A DNA stretch of 64,000 nt from Bugula neritina. Its lineage: Eukaryota; Animalia; Bryozoa. The stretch covers positions 9,518,741 through 9,582,740 of the forward strand of contig OZ037768.1 in the NCBI GenBank assembly GCA_964035545.1, in the 5' to 3' direction. Position 1 is the stretch's first letter, and each line of letters opens with the position of its first letter. Under the pieces are notes generated by a model that was given only the letters and a program-made list of their open reading frames with translations, ran no database searches and was not told the origin of the DNA. Positions 12,565-24,700 of this stretch are shown here, piece after piece. Position numbers and translations under genes: made by a program.

Positions 12565-15500
12565 CTAGTAAACTGTGCAGTTATGAGAACTGTACTGTGT
12601 GCACACGTCATCACTAGTAGTCTCAGAATAGCCAGACACATGGTCGAGTCCAGCACCTGTTACAACCAATAAAGTAATAGAACCTGCATGGAACGTATAC
12701 AACGACAAAACTGCCAACAAGTTACAGTATGGTGGGAAGATAACAAATAAACCTTTTCTACAATATTAAAAAAAGACATTTTCTAAAACTTCAAGTAAAG
12801 CTTTATTAATATATTATGTTATAGATAGTATAATTTAACATTGATCTCAATACGAGCAACTCTCATGGCCTAGCTGATACTATGCTTTCATCATTCACAA
12901 ATGTTTTAAATTGCAAATGGCTAGTAAATCATAAACCATTGCTAGTTTGGCAACATATTTTAGTTACAATACTGTTAGTATTCTAACATGTGCATCTGCC
13001 AATTTTTTCAAAGGCAAAACTACAGATTTAGAACTGAAAGCAAGAACTATTCATTTCCACTTTCTGCTGGACCTTTCATTAAAATGCTTAGACCTGTTCA
13101 TTAAAATTCCAGATATAGAAACAATGCTACTTCACCTGTGATGAGGTTTTTCAAGTTGCAGTAGTTAGTACCATAGTCGAGAACAGCGTACCATGTTTCA
13201 GATGTAGAAGAGGCCTGTGATGGACAGAATACTTTTAAATTTGTAAAATAAACAGCAGTTTTTATACTTTAAAGATGGTAAATTTAATTTGTGCTCAACT
13301 TCAAAAATAAAAAAGATACATGATCTTTCAACACATTAATAAAATTTATTACTTAATAACATTAATCTTGCAATAACTGTCTGAAGGTTTAATTAGCAGA
13401 CAATATTTCTATATTAGAAATGCTGGATTACATCCTAAAAGGAATAATGTTCATATAAACCAGGTGCTAAATGAAAAAAATAATATGACTATAAACTGTG
13501 CCTAACTTTTCTGAAGATATAGCTGCCAAATTTAAGAACAAAAAGATCTATTAAACATATTAATTGCTTTGATTGTTATATGTATATCAAAATTAATATA
13601 AATTGACGGTTTTTGTTTTTATTCCAACTTGTGCGAAGAAGCAAGTCAACACGAAAATTACTTTTAATCGCACCTTAACCATGCATTGATTGGAAGAACC
13701 AGAGAAATCAAATGTTAGATCGTCAACATAATGCTTCTTAGGAGTGGTGTGTGTAGCCTTCAGCTCAGCAGATGTCTGGCTAACTACCTAAAATATAAAA
13801 GCAGTCTATTTTTAGAATAACAAAACTTACAACATTGACATTGTTGGATTAGAAAGCGTCTTATTTTCAAAGACAGAAGGCTAAGTAGCCACACCTGCTG
13901 ATATAGAAGAACATACATCTGATATCACGACACTGGAGTTGATAACAATTTGCTTTCTAGTATGCCAACAAGCATGGGAGCCATCAGCTTGAGACGCTAC
14001 GTCACTTTACACACAGTTACATAAAATTATTTCTATTTAAAAAATTTAGGAGCTGAGCGAAACGTCATACATAACAAGAATTGCACCTTGCTAGAAGTAA
14101 CTAAAAACTTTTTCGATTTATAATTAATTTAAATTAAATTTAATAGCACATTATTATGAGGTAAATACAGCATTTAAAAAAAAATGCACAAAAGACATCC
14201 GCACATAGTTGATAATTCACGTCATGCACTAGATGTTGTTCTTGTTTCTAAAACATTCAAAGCCGAAATATTATTACACAATTTTATACCTCTAAAACAC
14301 TAAGCAAACCTGCCAGTGTACTAACATAAATGTAAAACCTCATCTAGCTTGTAGAAGATAAACTTGCTGTCTACTTACTGCATACAAACACTTCTCTCCT
14401 CCATTGTCACACCCAGTGGGACCACTCCATTTCTTAATCTGGGAAACAATAGCATCTTGAACAGCCTCACAGGTTTCACCAAAAGTCCTAAAAGAAAGCA
14501 ACTCAAGTTAAATAACTTTTGCATGGCTAGCAGTTTTATATATAGCTATACATATGAGGGCTGTTTAAAAATTACATGAAACTTGCGTGCCAGTCTATTT
14601 TCCAGACTTTGTACTACAAAAACCTTTGCTCAGCAACTTTCTATTTTCAACCTCAAATATAAAGTGATCATATGATTCAAAATTTATTGATTTTTTTCAA
14701 AATGAATGATTATTTTGTTATTGAAAAGTAGAGAAATTTGATAAAATCATAGACAAAGCCTGAAAATAAACCAAAAAAGGTATCTGATAATACTGCTTTA
14801 TCTCAAGCAGTAACCAGGATTAAATTAATGGCAGCAGTAAAATTTCTGACATACAATGTTAGGTGTGGGAGACTGTGGAACGAAAAAATGTAATTTGTCA
14901 AAAAAAACTCATCAAGACAGGCAACTCTGGGCAAGGAAATTTATTTCGACTGGGCTATCACTTGAGGTTTGACATATAAACTAGGAATGGGACTCAAAGA
15001 TATCACAAAATTTGACATGGAAAATCTAGTATATGCTTTAATAAACATATCAAGCATATATATAGTAAACTGATTTTTTATAATTTTTTTTATAAATCAT
15101 ATGCAACATCCTACTCAAAATAATAAACAAACCCCAAATTATTCATCCATAGCAAATTTAGAAATCCCAGTTTAATTTGAGCAAAATTTGACAGAAACAA
15201 AAAATTTGCTCCTTATGTTAAACAAAACACGTTTTTTTATACTACATTAAAGCATACATTGAAGTATTTCTTTACATCCAGATTGTTGAGTAAATTTCCA
15301 CCAAACCGTAAAACCATAATATACTATTTTAGCATTTTTAAAGTGGATGCAGCACCTAAGCAGATTCATTAACCATGCACTAAAAAAACATGTTCTGTCA
15401 AAGCTTGATATATTAATATTATATGCAAATTAGACCTTGGCCTATTGAAATTCTTTCATTACTATAGCTATATACTATATAGATAAAATCATTTTTTGAA

Positions 15501-16177
15501 ATTCCAATTATGATATATCCGTATTGATAGCACATATGTATTTTTATAGTTTATATTTCAAATTAATTTCAAGTAACACTAATACTGTATGGATTATATT
15601 TGAAATAATACGATTAGTTAAGTAATGCACTCACAATAAATTAAAATAATAATAATTATTTACAATCACTGTATAATATTATTGTCATTAAAATTGATTT
15701 GACATATTCTAATATTAATATATACTATTAGTATTATTAAGATATCAGCATGGAGACACTAGCCATGGGCAAAGTCAGATTGAGAGTAAACTTAGTTCTA
15801 ACAGTAACTTCTAATTCCCAAAGAGTAAGTCTAAGACTAATGATACTCATAGCTATACTAGTTAGAATTACTATTACTATTAGTATTACTATTAGTAATA
15901 CTAATACTAATCAACTAATGGTTATATTTAATTTCATAGTAAATTCACAAATTGACTTGATTTTAAGTGCGAATTTATGTGCCATGCGTGATGACCTCAC
16001 TCATCTTTAAAAACATTAATTCCTGTTCCTGACAGTGATTTGGAGTTAAAGTCAGTGTGATAAAACTCACCAATTAATTTTGCATGATGCATGAATCGGT
16101 CCACTCACGACGATTGCCAAAAAACTAGCCAAAACTATAGTGATCATAAACAAAGACTTGGAATTTAAACTAAGCAT
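12565..16177 (-). CDS. Secreted Cys-rich uncharacterised protein, 166 aa
   Basis: Exons 16177-16071, 14487-14379, 13787-13674, 13214-13136, 12656-12565 (501 nt, all GT-AG, in phase). Translation: MLSLNSKSLFMITIVLASFLAIVVSGPIHASCKINWTFGETCEAVQDAIVSQIKKWSGPTGCDNGGEKCLYAVVSQTSAELKATHTTPKKHYVDDLTFDFSGSSNQCMVKASSTSETWYAVLDYGTNYCNLKNLITGAGLDHVSGYSETTSDDVCTQYSSHNCTVY*. Signal peptide and 8 Cys; minus-strand AATAAA at about 12372-12377. Confidence 0.88.
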
Positions 16178-17399
16178 GGTGATGGTAATCAGTGAAGACG
16201 ATAAGTGCAGTTACAGTGTTAGACTTAGAGTTGGTGTATGCTAATGTTGGTATAACTATAACATTAAGTTTAACTGCTTTTGACTTCAAACGTTCAACTG
16301 AAAGTGAAAGGCCTGTTAGATAAGCTAGAAATTCTAACGTAATCTGCAGTGTAGACGTGTGATATAATAATAAAGCCTATTACTATTAATATTGATATTA
16401 GAGGCTCTTCTCTTATAGTTTTCTACAAAGCTTGTAATATTTTATATAATAATATTATTATATTGAAAGCATAATCAGTTGACAAGACTTTATTTTATGT
16501 AACCGAGGTGGTAGGATCTCTGTATACAATAACGTTTTAACGAGGAGAAAAACTATAATTTTGGTAGGGGGACAAATGTTTCAAATAGCGTGAATATAAA
16601 CTTGTTGACGGTTCCTAGTCAAAGTTTTTGAAAAGTTTACAGTTGATACGGGTTTCAAATCTTTTCGTGCACAGTTTTGAAAACAAAGAAATTCAACTAA
16701 GTTCAAAGCAAAAAGGAATATTTCGGACTAAAGCCGCACAGTGGCTTTTCTAGAGCTATGAGTCTGCACACCTACGGCTATCGTCAAGGATATCCTTATT
16801 CTATCAAATTTAATCACAATGTGATTAAATTTAGAATTATAATATAATAATAAATGCATCACCGAACTCAAGTTGGTGAACAAACCCCTAATGTCCCTCA
16901 CGGTTTAAAATTTAATATTGGAAGTAATGTATGAACTTGAAGTAGAACTTGAACCGCTAGCACTAACTCCAAGCATATCATTATCACTATCAGTTAAACA
17001 GTTAAACTGACTAACACTAACAGTAACAGTAAGTTAGAGTGTAACTGACTAACTCTAAGTTAGATAAGACTACCGCTAAAAGTAAGTTAAATTTAATCAT
17101 TGAGTTTAATGCTGTTAGTAACTACTAAGTCTGACTACGTCTACCGAGTGAATTATCAGTATGAATATCAATATGATTATGAGTATCTCATTCACTATAG
17201 CTCATACTATCACTATGAGTATAAGTATGAGTCTGCTACGAGTATGAGATTGGGTATCACTATAAATACAAAACAGAGGTTGAGTAACTCACCTCGTAGA
17301 CGATAGAACACTCAATGTCACCGTTATGGTGCAAACGTGGAGCGCCTCTTTGGTTAGTAATAAATGTCAGCATGAGTTAGTATAGCAGCATATAGCTGT

Positions 17400-17711
17400 T
17401 TATTGTTGTGTGTTAGTTGACCTTAGCTTCAGATCTCTCACACTGCGTGGGAGAAAACTGTTAAAATAGACCTTGCTCGCAGCATAGATAGATGTTGGCT
17501 CACCTCTCTGTGCAGCTCGTGTATACATAGTGTACTTGTTTTTATTTTTAGTCAGTTCATCATAAGCTGAGGCTAAGTTTTGGTGTTTAGATTCATCTGA
17601 GAGGATTCTCATTAACAGTGACAACCTATGTGTTTTTCTTCAGTCTTTGAGAAGTTGTAGTTCGAGTTTATTTCGAGCTTCTGAGATGCCTTGTCTTCCT
17701 TTGATATTGTT
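17400..17711 (-). mobile_element. 5'-truncated non-LTR retrotransposon (LINE, CR1/L2-group-like) ORF2 C-terminal fragment
   Basis: Minus frame reads NIKGRQGISEARNKLELQLLKD*RKTHRLSLLMRIL...KVYFNSFLPRSVRDLKL. This matches the post-RT tail of CR1/L2-group ORF2 (L..RR...RL..L.KI ... SFFPRTIRDWN.L). The internal TGA at 17640-17642 fits CGA>TGA decay. Confidence 0.72.
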
Positions 17712-18703
17712 AATGACTATCAGTATGGTAATCAGTATGAGTAAAGCTATAGCTCAAGAGTCAAGACTTGACGAATATTTGTATTTATAATAATATTTTA
17801 ATAGTAATAGTTATAGTTATTAACTTTAAGTCAGAGTGAATTTGCAACTTTAAGATTATGACCAACAGTATCAGTATGAGTAACGCTAACTCTAATAGTA
17901 AAAGTAAGACTTACACTAAGAGCTACTGTAACTGTGAGACTAAAATTTGAGGCTATGAGTATCTATTTTAGTTTAGTATTTATACACTGATGCTTAGTCT
18001 CACACTTACAGGCACATTTGGCAAAGAAACAAACGACCTGCTGTAAGATTTTCCTAATTTGAGGGTAGGCCACTGATCAGCTGAAAATTTACCAATTTTA
18101 AATTTTTAGTCATTAGCCCGTAGATTGTAGACCCTTGGGCACTCAAGGATGGTATATGATCTGCATTAAAATAGTTCTATAGCAATTTTTCGAAAGTGAT
18201 TCAATCAATGCAGTTAAGTAGACTTTTTAGCGGTAATTCAATTGAAAATTAGGAAGTCTGTGTGAAGGTTGTGGTATGATTACCCTCAGTGACAAAATTA
18301 GTTTATTTGAAAAGCTGTAGTGGTACTACTGTTGAGCGTTGCTGACATCAGCTAATGATAGGCCTGGAAATTACGTTACAGTTGGTGCCTTTTTATATGC
18401 CACATATTATATATAGTGCTGTTCCTATTAAAAGGAAAAAAAATAGCCTCTAAAGCAATAAAAGCGTATAGTATTTGATTTTTTTTAATCTGCATCATAA
18501 ATATTTAAATATTACCCAATTATAGTTAGTGTTGTAGCAATGACACTGTGTTTTCTCTACACAATGAATGATTTAATCTTCAACTTGCCTCATTTAAAAC
18601 ATCATATCTGTCATTTATTGTCGACCCTTCTGCTTTTAGTGAACATGTCCAATCCGCAGTTAATGTAAAATAAGTGAATGTGAGAATTGTTGGCTGACTT
18701 GCT

Positions 18704-21700
18704 ATGGACAAGAAGTCTAACCAAAATTCAAATAGGAGAACTAACAGAAATATACCATCGCCTCTAGGTCAAAGTATGGCTCCGTATACCCATTCTACAA
18801 ATACTACAGAAGCCAGTGCCCCTACTAGTGACAATGCTTTCATATTTGACAGTGTTAATAGTAAAGACGGTAGGTTTTTGTTGCTAGAAAGCTAATTATC
18901 AACTGTCATCAAATTTTAGTAATCAGAGCGCAAGAGTTTTATCAAGTGGAGATCCTGCCACATGGAGCAGAATTTTGCTGTGAAAGTTACCAGTCAGACA
19001 CAATACATTGTCAGCAAAATTTTAGTGACTAGTTGGGTTTGTCAATGGCTACTGCACAACGTTATAAATTATTTCACCTTTAAATCTCATATTTAATTTA
19101 TAGAAATGAAAGAATGTGAAACTGAAACAAGTGAAATCACTAAGTATTACTGTCACAAAACTAAGGTAGCAGTGTGACGAGTTCGAAAAGTCTGGTAGTC
19201 AGAAGTGCATAGACAAATAGCATATAGCATATAGGGTAGATAGAGTTGTGAATATAAGTAGACTTTATTTCTCCAGCAAGATATTCACAGATCAACTTAT
19301 AAAAATGAACTATTTTGTAAACAATTTATAGTAAACAGAAAAACTCTAGAACATTCTCAAGCATTCCAGTATAGAATATTCTAGTAGAAAACATTCCCCA
19401 CACGCCAATACTATTCAGATAGAAAAACAAAACAAAACATTGGAATTTCTATGGTTATTTGGCAATTATTGCGCAATACCTTGTTTACATTGCTGGACAG
19501 CAGTTAACATGATCAATGAAAATAATAACATAATGAACAATGACCACCTCTTTCATCAGTTTAGAATATTCATGAACATCCTTTTACAATCATTGGAAAA
19601 AACTGTTAAGTCCATAGATACCTGTACACTCAGAATTTGTGACAATTACTCAGTCAACTTTTTCCAGTATTTGTTCAGCATACTGACCACGTAAAAGTTG
19701 CACAGAACAGACCTATTTTATTGTCCGTGCAAAGTTTTCGTGCGCATCTGTGCGGATTTCGCTCAATATAGCATGATCCTTACTTTTCTACTTTGAATAA
19801 TGCAAACTTGCATGTATATATATGTCATATTTTCCTAATAACCAAAGATAGTGCATTTCTTAAAATAGTCTAGCCCAAAAATTTTTTAATAAAAATAGAA
19901 TACCTTATAGGTAGCTGACTTATTGCTGTACTTATCTGGTTATAATTATTTGTTTTCTTGCTATACAACAATGAATGTTGTTATGTTATGATTTAGATAG
20001 TGTTGTCTTCTACAACTCCCAGGGAAATGATCTGTCAGAAGTGTCCAGTCAAAATGGTTTTGTCTCTCACGCTAGGCCTCACCAGCTGGTTCAAATCTCC
20101 GCCAGTAAAACACAGCTACAGCTACAAGCCCCACCTGTTAACGTTTCTCAAGCTAGACAAGATGCCAAAACTAACATATTTACTGCTGCTTTACTCGAGC
20201 ACATCTGCTGTTCATATGTATCAAATCCTCAACAACGTAAACAAGTTTTAAAAGGTACATAAATTATGTTAATTATGTGATTTTTTTATTATCATTTTGC
20301 TTAAAAATCTGGTTTTATATATTAAAACATTGTTTCAGAATTATGCTCAAAGCTATCTGAAGGGGGAATTATATCTCCGGTTGCGTTTCTGGATATATTT
20401 AGTGCGCCAAGGAAGCAATATCAACTGGGATTTAGTAAGCTTATGGAGGCTGTAGTTGACATGGTGAATAAAGATCCCAACACTGCAGTAACTCCTGTTC
20501 AAACTCCAGTATGTATTTCTGCCATCGTATGGCTTGGCTGCTCACATTTTTCACTGTCAAAAATAAGTTTTCTAGTAGCATTGTAAGGCAATTGTTGTAA
20601 CTAGGGTGCATTTTTCAATAAAGACAAAGTTCAATGCTCACAAACTTATTAGTTTATCTTCTTTTCTATTGAATTGAATGAGGCTCGCTATAATTTTTAT
20701 TTTGGAAATTGTCAAGTGTGTTTTATAATTGTGGCTAAGTTTAGTGTTGTATACTTTAAAAAATAAGCTGCTGGTTGTACAGTCTAAATAATGTGCAAAT
20801 TTGCTATAAATTGTTTGTGTTTTCACATCATTTTTGGAGTGGAATGGAAAAAAATATGATAATAATTTGTCATTCTCAATTACTGTGATTGTAATTGTGC
20901 AAAAGTTAAAGCAGATCAACTATTTCTATGTTAAGATATTAGCTGAAGATGATGTTCGGTGTGTCGCATTAATCACAACTCCACCAGTTGCTCCTCTGAT
21001 GCGAGTTCCGTCAGATCCATTGAGCTCATTTTTCTCTTCCCGGTACTCCAGTGACTTCAATGAGATCAAATCGATTGGATCTGGAGGCTTTGGTTCTGTA
21101 TACATGGTGAGAGTTAAAAATTGTGTTTTAATTTGTAATGTTATCAAAGTATTGGATTTGAAAAAGTAAAATACGTATGAAGTTGAAACAATTGCAGGTC
21201 TTGAGAAACCTTAGATGGATTTTTCAAACTATATTTTATGTTCTTAGGAGCTCTGTGCGGGGTAGATGCGCGGTAATCTCGAGCTTTTCATGACCTGAAA
21301 TGAGTTCTGATTTTCTTTAACTTTCTTTATTTTTCTAATGGTTAGGTGAAAAATAAGTTAGATGAGATGTTCTATGCTGTAAAAAAAGTTCGGCTAAAGC
21401 AAATAAACCATGAGAAATGTAAGAAGTTGCTGAGAGAGGTTAAGGTGCTGGCCACGCTAAACCATTCCTCAATAGTGAGATATAACTCAGCATGGATGGA
21501 GCAGCAGCCAGGTATGTGTCAGCAGTACCAGGTTTGTGTCAGCAATACCCAGGTATGTGTCAGCGGTAGCCAGGTATGTGTCAGCAGTAGCCAGGTATGT
21601 GTGAGCCACTAGGTATGTGTCATCAGAAACCAGGTATGTATCAGCACTAGCCAGGTTTGTTTCAGCAGAACCCAGGTATGTGTTAGCAGTAGCTAGGTAT

Positions 21701-24700
21701 GTGTCAACAGAAACCAGGTATGTATCAGCGGTAGCCAGGTATGTGTCAGCAGTACCAGGTATGTATCAGCAGTAGCCAGGTTTGTATCAGCAGTACCAGG
21801 TATGTGTCAGCAGTGCCCAGGTATGTATCAGCAGTACCCAGGTATGTGTCAGCATCAACCAGGTATGTGTTGTTATATTATAACATTGTTACTTTGCAGG
21901 CTTTCAGAAAAGGCTATGAAAAGTTTTCAGAGAAAAGGCTAATGTTTTATGTATATACTGATTTCGCTCTCTCTGTCCGACTCAACTCGGTAACATGCTC
22001 TGTGCACAATAATTCATTATACTCCTGCATATTGGTAGTGATTGGAGTTGCCTGGTAGATTCTCTGTAGTTCTACCAGTTCCGTTTAGGTCATGTATTTT
22101 TAGATGATATGATTATTGAGAATATTTCCAATGATACTGAAGGCAGCTCTCTAGATGGCAGCACTTCCCACAATTCTAAGGTGGCTGGTAGTCCACCCAG
22201 TGAGCCATTTAAGGTAACACGTTTTCAGAGTACTTTTTGGCAAGAATTTGAAGGTTTCAGTAATTATATTGCAGGTTGAAATTATACTGGAAATGTTTTA
22301 GCTTTCAGGTTTGACCGCCTTGAATATAAACTATGATAAATGCGTTCAACTGTTGAAATTCTTTTTTCATCCAAACTGAATTGTTTGAAGTACCATTACT
22401 GTTGGCGTTCTGATGCTTTGCTGTAATTTGCAAGAAAAAGACTGTTTTAGTTGAGTATGAATTAGTGCTTCTAAAATATGGTCAAATAATTTAATGATAT
22501 ATAATTGATTTTCAAAAGAATTAGTCTCAATTCTAACTGTTATAAATTGCACATTTTGATTAGAAATATTCCTAAAATATGCAATAGTATCTTTTCAGAG
22601 CAATGAGACTGCTAAAAATTATAAGGTCTTGTTCAGTGATGGAACTCACATGTTGTATGTTTTGTAGAGCCAAAAGATAGTTTTATATATACAAATGGAG
22701 CTTTGTCACAGCAACCTTCATGATTGGCTGGCTAAGAGGAACAAGAAACTTCTCAGGAAGCATTCTCATCATGGTAATGTCTAGTCCTCCTGACCTTTCA
22801 CATTGCTTCCTGTGTTTTAGAACAAGTCTGATAAGAAATGATTGTTTATTTCAACATAATATAAGCATTTAAGTTAATGGAGTTTCAGGTCAAGTATCTT
22901 ATACTGTATAGCATAACACCAGCTTTTTCATCCTGCATAGTTAGATTATTCTACACATTATTGGTTATTCAGCTAGTTTTTACTAGATGTGAATTTAAAT
23001 AACATTTTTCAATCTTATCACTCAGTAAACATGCTGGCGTTGTCTATGGTGGGAAGGCAGCCTGTTCTATTTTTAATACATTTACTTTTTGTATTTACAT
23101 AAGTTATTAGTATACTTTGCTTTGGAATTACAATATCCGTGGAACTCGATGTTGTAGATGTGTTTGGGTTTGTGCAAGAATCGGAGAACATGCATCTCAC
23201 TCGGCAACTACTCAGTGGTTTAGATTATATCCATACTCAAGGCATTATACATAGAGATATTAAAGTGAGTTGTATTTCAGTGTATATATGACGTGTTAAT
23301 ATAAAGAGTAATCTTAGCCTATAATGGGTAGTCATGTCACCGAATCAAACATCACACAATTCACAACGCAGGGCAAAGGAAGAACACTGTTTCTATTCTA
23401 GTTATCCTTTTCAGCACATTCTTTTGTACTCAAACTATATACATATTTTCTAAAACTCTTATTATGGCATCCAGGGCTATATTTTATCTTTGAATAATAA
23501 TATTTTTTACAATTGCTTGTTTCCCCAATATTTAAATTTTGTGATTGTCTTTCATTTATTCTTAATAATTGAGGTGTACCAAGACCCTATTTAGCCCCAA
23601 TCCAGCTTCAACTGTTTATCCATAACCTTTTTCAGTTATGTCTAAATATAATCAGTTGCATATACTATGCAGATGATTCTTGAACGTTTTCACTCTACGG
23701 CTTTAGAATCTAAAATATCTTGATATAATATATCAAGATATTTTAGATTCTAAAGTAGTAGAGTGAAAATTATATTACTTCAGTTCAAAGTTGAAGCAAT
23801 ATAAGCAAAATGGCCCTTTACAGGTTTTACATCATCATTACTAACAGACCCATCTATTGCCCTTGAACTAAGTATAAAGTCTGCAGTTTTGAACAATCTG
23901 AAACTATTCAGTTTTGTTTATTAGCATTTCTTTAAACTAAATCAAGGAATAGCATTGGCTGCATATATGTAACAGCAGAACCCATTGGTCAGTAGAGAGA
24001 AATATTATTAGTAAAGTGAGATGAGTATAGTAGTAGTAAAAAAATAATGAAATTAAAATATTTGTTAATTGCCGGACTTTGTGAGGGCATAAACTAGTGG
24101 GAAGTTTAATGTAAATCATTTTTGTTTATAATTGCAAATTCGCCAAGCAATCTGTAGGCGTTATTATAATTCATTACCAGCTAGAAACTACAAAACTGCA
24201 TCAGAATAATTTCTGTTGGTCAAACAACCTAGTTTAATTTGTCTGTGTCAAATTCAAGAAGATTTTCTAAAACTAAGGTACTTGTGGGTATAATGCATGT
24301 TGATTAATCATTGTTGTTAAGGAGGGTTTTTCTCCTCCACCTAAGGGAAGCCTTTGCTATAATGATTTACCATGTTGTTACTGTTTCTCCGCAATTATTT
24401 AAGCATTATGGTGTTGTAATTTCATTTAGACAAGAAATATATTTATCGGTAGTCATGGTGCCCTAAAAATCGGTGACTTTGGTTTAGCTAGAGACGTGGT
24501 TGCTACACCCAGTCCGACTCTCATACAACACTCACCGGACTGGCACCCAGCAGGTACTGGGTTTAACTCCTTTGGTGCTTTTACTGTCAGTCCAGAGTAT
24601 GGTAGCATAAAAATAACATTGTTTCATATGGAGAGAATAAAAATGCATTTTTTTCTACAATTTTACTTAAATAGTTGAAGCATGTTTTTTTTTCAAAAGA

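Noticed and set aside
14553-14760. Possible Tc1/mariner-type end (tatgagggctgt...)
   Set aside because: I could not find a matching second TIR or any transposase remnant.
20000-20251. Alternative-frame and antisense ORFs overlapping real exons (also 20926-21147, 53053-53256, 54935-55273)
   Set aside because: Shadow ORFs of true coding exons with no independent evidence.
21741-22058. 105-aa ORF with repeated RYVSAVP
   Set aside because: Translation of the intronic donor minisatellite; not part of the phase-consistent HRI model.
22599-22667. Possible upstream acceptor extending HRI exon 7
   Set aside because: The extension ends in an in-frame TAG at 22665-22667; the acceptor at 22668 gives the open frame.
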